NCBI GenBank assembly: GCA_020354945.1
Contig: CP070655.1
Span: 570,417-600,810, forward strand
Reading direction: 5' to 3'
Origin: Candidatus Omnitrophota bacterium
GTDB taxonomy: Bacteria > Omnitrophota > Gorgyraeia > JABMRG01 > JAFGKX01
Length of the DNA stretch: 30,394 nt
Under the pieces are notes generated by a model, which saw only the letters and a list, made by a program, of their open reading frames with translations, was not told the DNA's origin and did not search any database. The stretch's first letter is position 1. Each line of letters begins with the position of its first letter. This document shows positions 8,563 through 16,303 of the stretch, piece after piece. Made by a program: the position numbers and the translations under genes.

Positions 8563-9908
8563 TGAAAGCAAGCATTGGTATAATAAGTCATGGATGCCCC
8601 CGCAATATGGTGGATTCAGAGGTGATGCTGGGGGCATTAAAGAAGGAAGGTTATAGTATAAAAGAGGAGATTGGCAATTGCGATATTGCTATTATAAATA
8701 CCTGTGCTTTTATAGAAGACGCTAAACAGGAAGCAATAGATGCAATTTTGCAGGCAGCAGAACTGAAAAAAGAAGGTAAAATTAAAGCAATAATAGTAAC
8801 AGGATGTCTTTCGCAACGATATTATAAGGTTTTAGAAAAACAAATCCCGGAAATTGACGCTTTTCTTGGCGCATCCGATTTTGACAAGATAACCAAAGCA
8901 GTCAAAGATGTATCAGAAGGAAAAAAGCCAATTATTGTAAGCCATCCAACGAAAATTTATTCTCATACCTCGCCAAGATTTTTATTAACCCCGAACTATT
9001 ATACATATATCAAAATTGCCGAGGGTTGCAATAACAGGTGTTCCTATTGTGTTATTTATAAGATAAGAGGCAAGTATCGAAGCAGGCCCATAGAGTCTAT
9101 TTTAAAAGAAGTTGAAAATATCACGGAAAATAAAAAAATTTCTGAATTAAATATCATTGCTCAAGATACTACTTCATACGGCATAGATATATATGGAAAA
9201 TATAAATTGGCGAAGTTGCTTGAAAGAGTAGCCACACTAAATAAGGTCCACTGGATAAGACTACTTTATACCCATCCTCGACATTTTAGCGATGAGCTTA
9301 TTCAAATTATAGGAGAGAAAAAGAGCATTTGCAAATATATTGATTTACCGATACAACATGCAAGCAATAGAATCCTAAAAAAGATGAACCGCCGTATTAC
9401 AAAAAGCCAAATGCAAAAACTAATCGATAAAATACGAAGAAAAATACCTGATGTCGCACTGCGCACATCTGTCATTGTCGGCTTTCCTGGCGAGACAGAT
9501 AAGGAATTTAAGCAACTCCTGAATTTTATAAAACAGATAAAGTTTGAAAGATTGGGCGCCTTTATTTATTCCAAAGAAGAGAATACACCTGCATATAAAT
9601 ATAAGAATCAAATTCCGGATGCAATAAGAAGACAAAGACTGGATGAAATTATGAAGTTACAACAGGGAATATCTGAGCAGATAAATAAAAGCTGGATGAA
9701 TAAAATTCTAGAAGTTTTAATTGAAGAAAAGCAGAAAAACGCCCTGCCTGCCGGCAGGCAGGATTATTATATAGGACGCAGCCAATACGATGCGCCTGAA
9801 GTCGATGGAGTTGTATATGTAAAAGCAAAGAGAGCAAAACCCGGTGATTTTTTAAAAACGAGGATAACAGATACCTTAGAATATGATCTAATAGGAGAAG
9901 CAATATGA
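8562..9908 (+). CDS. rimO: Ribosomal protein S12 methylthiotransferase
   Basis: Motifs GCPRN, NTCAFIE, radical SAM CNNRCSYC, AQDTT and C-terminal DAPEVDG (TRAM domain). It lies upstream of pgsA. Confidence 0.95.
   Translation: MKASIGIISHGCPRNMVDSEVMLGALKKEGYSIKEEIGNCDIAIINTCAFIEDAKQEAIDAILQAAELKKEGKIKAIIVTGCLSQRYYKVLEKQIPEIDAFLGASDFDKITKAVKDVSEGKKPIIVSHPTKIYSHTSPRFLLTPNYYTYIKIAEGCNNRCSYCVIYKIRGKYRSRPIESILKEVENITENKKISELNIIAQDTTSYGIDIYGKYKLAKLLERVATLNKVHWIRLLYTHPRHFSDELIQIIGEKKSICKYIDLPIQHASNRILKKMNRRITKSQMQKLIDKIRRKIPDVALRTSVIVGFPGETDKEFKQLLNFIKQIKFERLGAFIYSKEENTPAYKYKNQIPDAIRRQRLDEIMKLQQGISEQINKSWMNKILEVLIEEKQKNALPAGRQDYYIGRSQYDAPEVDGVVYVKAKRAKPGDFLKTRITDTLEYDLIGEAI
9743..9762. repeat. Perfect 20-bp palindrome inside rimO
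   Basis: CCTGCCTGCCGGCAGGCAGG, read in frame as (A)LPAGRQ. Confidence 0.9.
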
Positions 9909-10486
9909 ATTTTGCAAACAAATTAACATTATCTCGCATTGGACTTGCATTTATCTTTATGCTATTTCTTTTTTTACACTGGCCCTATGCAAAATTATGC
10001 GCACTTTTTATCTTTCTGGCCGCCTCCTTCACAGATTATTATGATGGTAAAATAGCAAAAAAACGTAAGCAGGTTACCGATTTCGGCAAATTGATGGATC
10101 CCATTGCGGATAAAATCTTAGTGCTGGCAGCATTTCTTGCCTTTGTTGAACTTAAGATAATCCCGGCATGGATGGTAGTAATAATTATTTTTAGAGAATT
10201 GATAATAACCGGAATGAGGCTCACACTTTTAAGTAAAAAGAAAGTGGTTTCGGCAAAAAAAGCTGGTAAACACAAAACAGTTTCTCAAATGTCATCCATA
10301 TTTGTAATTTTAATATATCTTACAATAAAACAATTGGATGAATCTGTTTTTAAATTAGTATGGTTGGATGCAACTGTAGATTACAATATCCATTTAGCGA
10401 TATATGTAATGATGCTTATAACTGTGGCATTAACATTGACATCCGGGGTATCGTATCTAAAAGATAATATAAGGGCATTGAGATGA
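9905..10486 (+). CDS. pgsA: CDP-diacylglycerol--glycerol-3-phosphate 3-phosphatidyltransferase
   Basis: N.LTLSR start and CDP-alcohol motif TDYYDGKIAK...GKLMDPIADK. Confidence 0.95.
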   Translation: MNFANKLTLSRIGLAFIFMLFLFLHWPYAKLCALFIFLAASFTDYYDGKIAKKRKQVTDFGKLMDPIADKILVLAAFLAFVELKIIPAWMVVIIIFRELIITGMRLTLLSKKKVVSAKKAGKHKTVSQMSSIFVILIYLTIKQLDESVFKLVWLDATVDYNIHLAIYVMMLITVALTLTSGVSYLKDNIRALR

Positions 10487-11034
10487 ATCCCGCCCTTTCT
10501 GCTGCAAGGAAGTTCTTGGCAGCAGGAAGGCGGGTTAAAAAAAGAAATGGCGGCATGAAAACAGTTATAAAAATGGTGGCAAGCGGCCTGTATCTTGGTT
10601 ATTCACCAATTGCCTCAGGGACTATCGGCAGCCTCTTAGGTGTTTTGATATTTCTGCAGCTGCATAATTTTCCCCTGCTTTATATTTGCGTATGTTTGGT
10701 TTTGATACTTCTAGGCTTTTTAATAAGCGGGAAAGCAGAAGAAATTTATAAGCAGAAAGACTCGCCAAAAATAGTAATAGATGAGATAGCAGGTATGTGC
10801 ATAGTCTATTTGGGCCTGCCTGCCGGTCAGGCAGGCAGGCAGGCAAGATTGTGGATTATAGTCATAGGATTTTTAATATATAGAGCACTTGATGTAATAA
10901 AACCCCCGCCGGCAAAAAGAGTAGAAAAGATAAAAGGCTCAGCAGGCATTATGTTAGACGATATTATTTGTGCTATCTATGCCAATATAATGCTTCAGGT
11001 TTTGACAAGGCTACCTTTAAATATTGGTTCATAA
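10483..11034 (+). CDS. pgpA: Phosphatidylglycerophosphatase A
   Basis: Motifs ASGTIGS, DSPKIVIDEIAG, RALDVIKP and GIMLDD. The core protein begins at ATG 10555, while ATG 10483 overlaps the pgsA stop (ATGA). Confidence 0.92.
   Translation: MNPALSAARKFLAAGRRVKKRNGGMKTVIKMVASGLYLGYSPIASGTIGSLLGVLIFLQLHNFPLLYICVCLVLILLGFLISGKAEEIYKQKDSPKIVIDEIAGMCIVYLGLPAGQAGRQARLWIIVIGFLIYRALDVIKPPPAKRVEKIKGSAGIMLDDIICAIYANIMLQVLTRLPLNIGS
10487..10554. repeat. CCCGCC...GGCGGG hairpin element at the 5' end of pgpA
   Basis: Stems CCCGCC/GGCGGG (10489-94 with 10529-34) and CTGCTGC/GCAGCAG (10499-505 with 10519-25). Flanked by ATGAA direct repeats 72 nt apart. Confidence 0.75.
10815..10843. repeat. Variant CCTGCCTGCC palindrome inside pgpA
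   Basis: CCTGCCTGCCGGTCAGGCAGG plus CAGGCAGG, read in frame as LPAGQAGRQ. Confidence 0.85.
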
Positions 11035-11573
11035 ATAGAACCTTTTGGCGTAAGGGTGGACTTAAAAAGAACAATTTCTTCAACCAAAAGTTTTAAATGC
11101 GAAGAGAAATCTTTTTCTTTCTCAACAGACTTAATCAGCTGTTGCCTGTTTTTTGGAGAACGTACCCTTCCTAAAGTAAGATGAGGGCTGAATGGCCGCT
11201 TCTCTTTTTCAAATCCTTTTTTCGTTAATTCCTCCTCAATGGATTGATATATTTTATTAGTTGCTTCAACCCCTTCATCCATTCCTACCCATATGACTCT
11301 TGGATATGAAATCTTCGGAAAGGCGCCAATCTCCGAGAGATGGAATTGATAAAATTTAAAATTTGAGCCTATTTTTTTAAGCGAATTTTTTACCTGTTCA
11401 GTCTGCTCGTCAGTTATATTGCCTAAAAACTTCAAGGTAAGATGGATATTTTCTGGTTTTACCCACCTTACATCTGCATCAGCAGTCTTTAATTTAGATT
11501 GAAGGAATTCTAATTCCTTATGAAGCTGTTCATTAAGAGCAATGGCAATAAACGTTCTTGTTGTTTTAACCAT
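10995..11573 (-). CDS. thpR: RNA 2',3'-cyclic phosphodiesterase (2H family)
   Basis: RTFIA start, two HLT motifs (HLTLKFLG and PHLTLGR), and PRVIWVG. Confidence 0.95.
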   Translation of the reverse strand: MVKTTRTFIAIALNEQLHKELEFLQSKLKTADADVRWVKPENIHLTLKFLGNITDEQTEQVKNSLKKIGSNFKFYQFHLSEIGAFPKISYPRVIWVGMDEGVEATNKIYQSIEEELTKKGFEKEKRPFSPHLTLGRVRSPKNRQQLIKSVEKEKDFSSHLKLLVEEIVLFKSTLTPKGSIYEPIFKGSLVKT

Positions 11574-12810
11574 GCAATAGATGCCTTCGCAGCATATCCA
11601 ATGCTGCCTGGCTGCTGCGAAATTTTATTAGCTTCCGCTCTCCTGAGAAATGGAATTCTTTGCAGATTATTTTATTTTTAGTCACAACAGCTATATAAAC
11701 CAAACCTACCGGTTTTTGCTTTGTTTCGCCAGAAGGACCGGCAATTCCGGTTATAGATAGACCAATATCTACATTGGCTAATTCTTTAACATTTTTAGCC
11801 ATTAACTTAGCAGTTTGCCTGCTGACTGCGCCATATTTTTTTATTATTTCTTCCGGCACTCCTAGCAGTTGGGTTTTCGACTTATTAGAGTAAGCTATAA
11901 TAGAATGCATAAGGTAATTTGATGAACCTGGTATATCAGTGAGCCTGTTAGATAAAAGGCCGCCGGTGCAGGATTCAGCGATAGCAATTGTCTTGTTATT
12001 TTTTATTAACAGGCCAGCTACAACTGCCTCTAATGTTTCATCATCGCAGCCAAAGATTAAATCGCCAAGGCGTTTTCTAATCTGTTTTTCGACGGCAGAA
12101 ATATTTTTTTTGGTTTCTTTCTCATTCTTTGCTTTTGTTGTTATTTTAATGTCTATTTGCGCAGGATGGGCATAAATACCAGCAGTTGTATTACCTGACA
12201 TATGCAGAAATTTTTTTATCTTTGGATGGACCTGGCTTTCGGCAAGGCCTGTAGTTTTAAGAACCTTTGATTTTATTACCTTTGATTTTTTATGGGTAAA
12301 CTTTTTTAAATCTGTGACCATATCGCGTTCTACCATAGGAATGAGTTCCAGTGGAGGCCCCGGCAGAGCTATTAAGATTTTTTTGTTTTTTTTTGCAATT
12401 ATTCCGGGGGCAGTGCCGACGCCATTCTTAAGCCACCTTGAACCTTGAGGGATATATGCTTGCCTTAAGTTGTTTTTAGGAGTTTTTATGTGCCTTTTTT
12501 TAAAATGGTCTTCTATTCTCTGCCATATTTGGTCTTTATATATCAGTTTTTTATCAAGTACTCTTGCGATAGTTTTTAAAGTAATATCGTCGACAGTAGG
12601 CCCTAACCCACCGGTGGTTATTACAATATCAGAGCGCCCTAAGGCCCTTTGTATTGCTGCATAAAGGCGTAAGAGGTTGTCACCAACGGTAGTGTGGTAA
12701 TATATATCTATTCCCACTTCGGCCAGTTTTCTCGAGAGATAGGCTGAATTTGTATTTACAATATGCCCCAGTAATATTTCTGTGCCGATGTTAATTATCT
12801 CCGCTTTCAT
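11566..12810 (-). CDS. cinA: Competence/damage-inducible CinA (MoCF-like plus PncC domains)
   Basis: Motifs IGTEILLG, GGLGPTVDDIT, AESCTGG and SITGIAGP. The likely start is ATG 12810 with GAGGAG upstream. Confidence 0.95.
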   Translation of the reverse strand: MKAEIINIGTEILLGHIVNTNSAYLSRKLAEVGIDIYYHTTVGDNLLRLYAAIQRALGRSDIVITTGGLGPTVDDITLKTIARVLDKKLIYKDQIWQRIEDHFKKRHIKTPKNNLRQAYIPQGSRWLKNGVGTAPGIIAKKNKKILIALPGPPLELIPMVERDMVTDLKKFTHKKSKVIKSKVLKTTGLAESQVHPKIKKFLHMSGNTTAGIYAHPAQIDIKITTKAKNEKETKKNISAVEKQIRKRLGDLIFGCDDETLEAVVAGLLIKNNKTIAIAESCTGGLLSNRLTDIPGSSNYLMHSIIAYSNKSKTQLLGVPEEIIKKYGAVSRQTAKLMAKNVKELANVDIGLSITGIAGPSGETKQKPVGLVYIAVVTKNKIICKEFHFSGERKLIKFRSSQAALDMLRRHLLHG

Positions 12811-12830
12811 GTGGTAACTCCTCATATGTT

Positions 12831-12860
12831 ATTATATATAATATTTCCCATAGAAAGCAA
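12831..12860 (-). promoter_or_regulatory. Possible sigma70 promoter for cinA-thpR
   Basis: Minus strand reads TTGCTT, 18-bp spacer, TATAAT. The context is AT-rich, so this may be chance. Confidence 0.45.
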
Positions 12861-12967
12861 GAAAAAATGTGGAATAATTTTGCTCGCACAAAGGATATAA
12901 GTGGCAGGCACAGGTTATGCCAACTTTAGTGCAGACGTAAAAATTTTGTAAATTTTTGAAATAATTT

Positions 12968-13044
12968 GCCTCCTTTTTTCGTCTATTATAGTGAAGGCAT
13001 ATTTGAGAGGAAAACTATAAAAGGTGAAGAAAGGAGGTTTTTTT
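12968..13044 (+). other. Long RNA-type hairpin followed by a T-run (terminator-like or structured RNA)
   Basis: 12968-12992 pairs with 13014-13038: 20 Watson-Crick pairs, 4 G-U pairs and 1 mismatch. T7 follows at 13038-13044. Confidence 0.6.
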
Positions 13045-13062
13045 ATGACCTAAAAAATTTGC

Positions 13063-13091
13063 TTTACTTTATATATTAATAAGTGTATAAT
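13063..13091 (+). promoter_or_regulatory. Sigma70-type promoter for recA
   Basis: TTTACT, 17-bp spacer, TATAAT. The SD GGGAGG precedes ATG 13130. Confidence 0.6.
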
Positions 13092-13129
13092 CTGGTAATT
13101 CGCAAAAACATTAAAGGGAGGAAGATAAA

Positions 13130-14161
13130 ATGGTTAGAGCATCTCAAAAAAAGGATAAAGGTGAAGATGCATTTAAAGGCGATAAAGGCAAGGCGTTAAA
13201 CTTAGCTTTGGGCCAGATTGAAAAGCAGTTTGGTAAAGGTTCAATTATGCGTTTGGGTAAAGACGTAAAGAGCGATGTCGCTGCAATCCCTACAGGTGCG
13301 CTTTCTTTAGATATAGCATTGGGAGTCGGAGGGGTTCCTCGTGGCAGAGTAATTGAAATTTTTGGTCCGGAGGCAAGTGGAAAAACTACCCTTACCTTAA
13401 ACATAATCAGCCAGGCTCAAAAAAAAGGAGGGAATGCGGCATTTATTGATGCTGAGAACGCCTTTGACCCGACATATGCAAAAAAGGTCGGTGTAAATTT
13501 AGATGAGCTTTTAATTTCTCAACCGGATAGCGGAGAACAGGCCTTAACAATTACAGAAACCCTGGTTCGTTCTAACGCTGTTGATGTTGTAGTAATAGAT
13601 TCAGTTGCGGCTCTGGTTCCTAAGGCTGAAATAGAAGGTGAGATGGGAGATTCACACATGGGTCTTCAAGCCAGGTTAATGAGTCAGGCCCTGCGCAAAC
13701 TGAGTTCATCTATCAATAAATCCAAAACCTGTGTTATCTTTATAAATCAGATCAGGGAAAAGATAGGGATTATGTTTGGCAATCCTGAGACCACACCAGG
13801 TGGTAGGGCGTTGAAGTTTTACGCATCTGTTAGACTGGATATCAGACGCAAGGAATATTTAAAATTACAAGATAAAATAGTGGGAAATCATGTTAGAGTG
13901 AAGGTTGTAAAAAATAAAGTTGCCCCTCCTTTCAGGCAAGCTGAGTTTGACATAATGTATGATGAGGGAATTTCTCGCGAAGGCAGTATTATAGACGCAG
14001 CTTTAGATCATAATGTAATACGGAAGGAAGGCGCATGGTTTTCTTATGGAGAGCAAAAGATAGGTCAAGGCAAAGAGAATGCCAGGAGTTTCCTTAAACA
14101 GAATCCGAAATTGCTTTCTGAGATAGAGAAGAAGATAATGGAAACTTCTGGAAACGAGTGA
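13130..14161 (+). CDS. recA: Recombinase RecA
   Basis: Motifs [45 protein letters not shown] and KNKVAPPF. Confidence 0.99.
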   Translation: MVRASQKKDKGEDAFKGDKGKALNLALGQIEKQFGKGSIMRLGKDVKSDVAAIPTGALSLDIALGVGGVPRGRVIEIFGPEASGKTTLTLNIISQAQKKGGNAAFIDAENAFDPTYAKKVGVNLDELLISQPDSGEQALTITETLVRSNAVDVVVIDSVAALVPKAEIEGEMGDSHMGLQARLMSQALRKLSSSINKSKTCVIFINQIREKIGIMFGNPETTPGGRALKFYASVRLDIRRKEYLKLQDKIVGNHVRVKVVKNKVAPPFRQAEFDIMYDEGISREGSIIDAALDHNVIRKEGAWFSYGEQKIGQGKENARSFLKQNPKLLSEIEKKIMETSGNE

Positions 14162-14173
14162 GGGGTGATATAT

Positions 14174-15673
14174 ATGGTTAAAAAAACTCCGGTTTTTATT
14201 GCTATCCTTTTGATAGGTTTGGTTTGTGGCATTTTAATTGCGACTAAGTTAGATTTTACCCCCCAAGGTAATGCAGAAGGACAAAAAACTATTGAGGTTA
14301 GAAAACCAGCAGGGCCGCAGGGTGAAAATGTTTTTGTAAAAGTAGCTGAATTAGTCGGATCTTCTGTAGTATCAATCAGCACAGAACAGATTCACAAAAT
14401 CCCTGCCCGCCGGTTCATAAGTCCATTCAGGGAAAGCCCATTTGGCGAAGAGGACTTTTTCGACAGGTTTTTCAAGGATTTTTTTGGAGAGATGCCGGAG
14501 CAGGAATTCAAACAGAGAGGATTAGGTTCCGGGATTATCATAGACAAAAGAGGCTACATCCTTACCAATGAACACGTTGTAGGAGAAGCAGACAAAATAA
14601 CCATAACTTTACCGGATGGCAGAGAATACAAAGGGACGGTAAAAGGAAAGGATGTTCGTAGCGACATTGCTGTGGTAAAAATAGATGCCAATGATATCCC
14701 CATTGCGAAATTGGGTGATTCCGATACGGTAAAGATAGGGCAATGGGCTATTGCCGTAGGTAATCCGTTTGGTTTTATGGTACACAGTCCCCAGCCTACA
14801 GTTACAGTAGGTGTAATTTCAGCAACGGACCGCTTTATAGGAGGGCGTTTGGCAAGAAGCAGAGATTATTCGAATCTTATCCAGACAGATGCTGCTATAA
14901 ACCCGGGTAATAGCGGAGGCCCCCTGGTCAATATCAAAGGAGAGGTGATAGGTATAAACGTAGCCATATTTTCAACCACAGGTGGTTATCAAGGCGTAGG
15001 CTTTGCCATACCCATAAATACAGCTAAATATATCATAGAGCAGCTTATCGAAGGCAAAGAAGTCTTATATGGTTGGCTTGGTGTAAATGTTCAGGAGATA
15101 GACCAGCAATTAGCAGATTATTTCAACTTACCCGATAGAAAAGGTGCGCTCCTTGCAAAGGTTTTACCTGGTAGCCCTGCTGAAAAAGGCGGGCTTAAAG
15201 AAGGAGATATTATAAAAACTTTTGATGGTAAAGAAGTCAGCAGTTTAACCGATTTAATAACCAGAGTGGGCCATACAAAGGTAGGCGAAAAAGTAAAGGT
15301 GAAGATAATAAGAGATAAAAAAGAGAAGATACTAGAGATAAAAATTGGTAAACGTCCTGAAGAAGCAGAAGAATTGGTAGAAGTTGCTGCCACCGAAAAA
15401 GCCTGGAGAGGCATAGAAGTAGCTCCGATAACACCTGAGATAGTGCGAAAGTACAGATTGGCTCAACATGAGGGCATTGTAGTTGTAAATATTAAGCCAG
15501 GCTCTCCTGCAGATGAGGCAGGGATAAGGCCGGGTGATGTAATAGATAGGATAAATAATTTGCCTGTGAAAGATATAAAGGATTATAAAGAAATTACAAA
15601 AAAGATTACAGCCGATGCTTTGATACGCACCCAGAGGGGCTACACAGTTGTTAAGCCTCCAGAAGAGCATTGA
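14174..15673 (+). CDS. degP: DegP/DegQ (HtrA) serine endoprotease with two PDZ domains
   Basis: N-terminal signal/TM segment, catalytic triad motifs TNEHVV, DIAVVK and GNSGGP, and two PDZ domains. The likely start is ATG 14174. DegP and DegQ cannot be told apart here. Confidence 0.9.
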   Translation: MVKKTPVFIAILLIGLVCGILIATKLDFTPQGNAEGQKTIEVRKPAGPQGENVFVKVAELVGSSVVSISTEQIHKIPARRFISPFRESPFGEEDFFDRFFKDFFGEMPEQEFKQRGLGSGIIIDKRGYILTNEHVVGEADKITITLPDGREYKGTVKGKDVRSDIAVVKIDANDIPIAKLGDSDTVKIGQWAIAVGNPFGFMVHSPQPTVTVGVISATDRFIGGRLARSRDYSNLIQTDAAINPGNSGGPLVNIKGEVIGINVAIFSTTGGYQGVGFAIPINTAKYIIEQLIEGKEVLYGWLGVNVQEIDQQLADYFNLPDRKGALLAKVLPGSPAEKGGLKEGDIIKTFDGKEVSSLTDLITRVGHTKVGEKVKVKIIRDKKEKILEIKIGKRPEEAEELVEVAATEKAWRGIEVAPITPEIVRKYRLAQHEGIVVVNIKPGSPADEAGIRPGDVIDRINNLPVKDIKDYKEITKKITADALIRTQRGYTVVKPPEEH

Positions 15674-15690
15674 AAATTACATTTTCCCGG

Positions 15691-15762
15691 ATGGGGACAC
15701 CCTGCAGCACGAAAAGTGAGCCCAGATGTCGCAAAACTTTTCGTGCTGCAGGGTGTCCCCAT
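15691..15762. repeat. Perfect 27-bp inverted repeat with 18-nt spacer (MITE/REPIN-like)
   Basis: ATGGGGACACCCTGCAGCACGAAAAGT (15691-15717) and ACTTTTCGTGCTGCAGGGTGTCCCCAT (15736-15762). Confidence 0.92.
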
Positions 15763-15764
15763 AC

Positions 15765-16271
15765 ATGAAAATGACTGACGAGGAAAACTTCGATAAAGCC
15801 CTATCTTATGCATATCGCCTTTTCAAATACAGACCACGCAGCAGGAAGGAATTACAAGAGAGACTAAAACTACAACGTTATAATACTGCAATTATAGATA
15901 GAGTAATTCATGAGTTTGAGCAACAGGGATTAATAGACGATAAACGTTTTGCCAGACTCTGGGCTTTGACTAGAATACAGAGGAAATCGTCTTCTTTAAC
16001 AAATATAAAAGGAGAGCTTCTTCTTAAAGGTGTAGATTCTCAGATAATAGATGATACCTTAGGCCGGTTAAAAAAAGATTTTAATGAATATGAAATTGCC
16101 AAAAGTTTGGCAACAAAAAAGCTTCGCCTTTTAACCGGGGTGAAAAAACTAAATCCCGCCATTGCGCGCAAGGGTGGGATAAAAGCAAAAAAGCGCTTAT
16201 TCGATTACCTTAAACGGCGAGGCTTTTGTTTTGATGTAATATATAAAGTGTTGGATGAAATCTACGATTAG
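15765..16271 (+). CDS. recX: Regulatory protein RecX
   Basis: Motifs RPRSRKEL, GLIDDKRFA, ELLLKGV and YLKRRGF, located before alaS. The start is probably 15765 or 15771, since 15726 lies inside the inverted repeat. Confidence 0.9.
   Translation: MKMTDEENFDKALSYAYRLFKYRPRSRKELQERLKLQRYNTAIIDRVIHEFEQQGLIDDKRFARLWALTRIQRKSSSLTNIKGELLLKGVDSQIIDDTLGRLKKDFNEYEIAKSLATKKLRLLTGVKKLNPAIARKGGIKAKKRLFDYLKRRGFCFDVIYKVLDEIYD
16153..16180. repeat. Hairpin element inside recX
   Basis: ATCCCGCC-A-TTGCGCGCAA-G-GGTGGGAT, with TAAA direct repeats exactly 30 nt apart. Confidence 0.8.
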
Positions 16272-16279
16272 TTATAAGC

Positions 16280-16300
16280 AACTGACAACTGAAAACCGAC
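16280..16300. repeat. Heptamer array (3 units)
   Basis: AACTGAC AACTGAA AACCGAC directly before the alaS ATG. Confidence 0.6.
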
Positions 16301-16303
16301 AAA

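Noticed and set aside
12905-12923. Sigma54-like GG-N10-GC motif readable on both strands (GGCACAGGTTATGC / TGGCATAACCTGTGC)
   Set aside because: The match at -12 is imperfect, there is no activator evidence, and both flanking genes have sigma70-like candidates.
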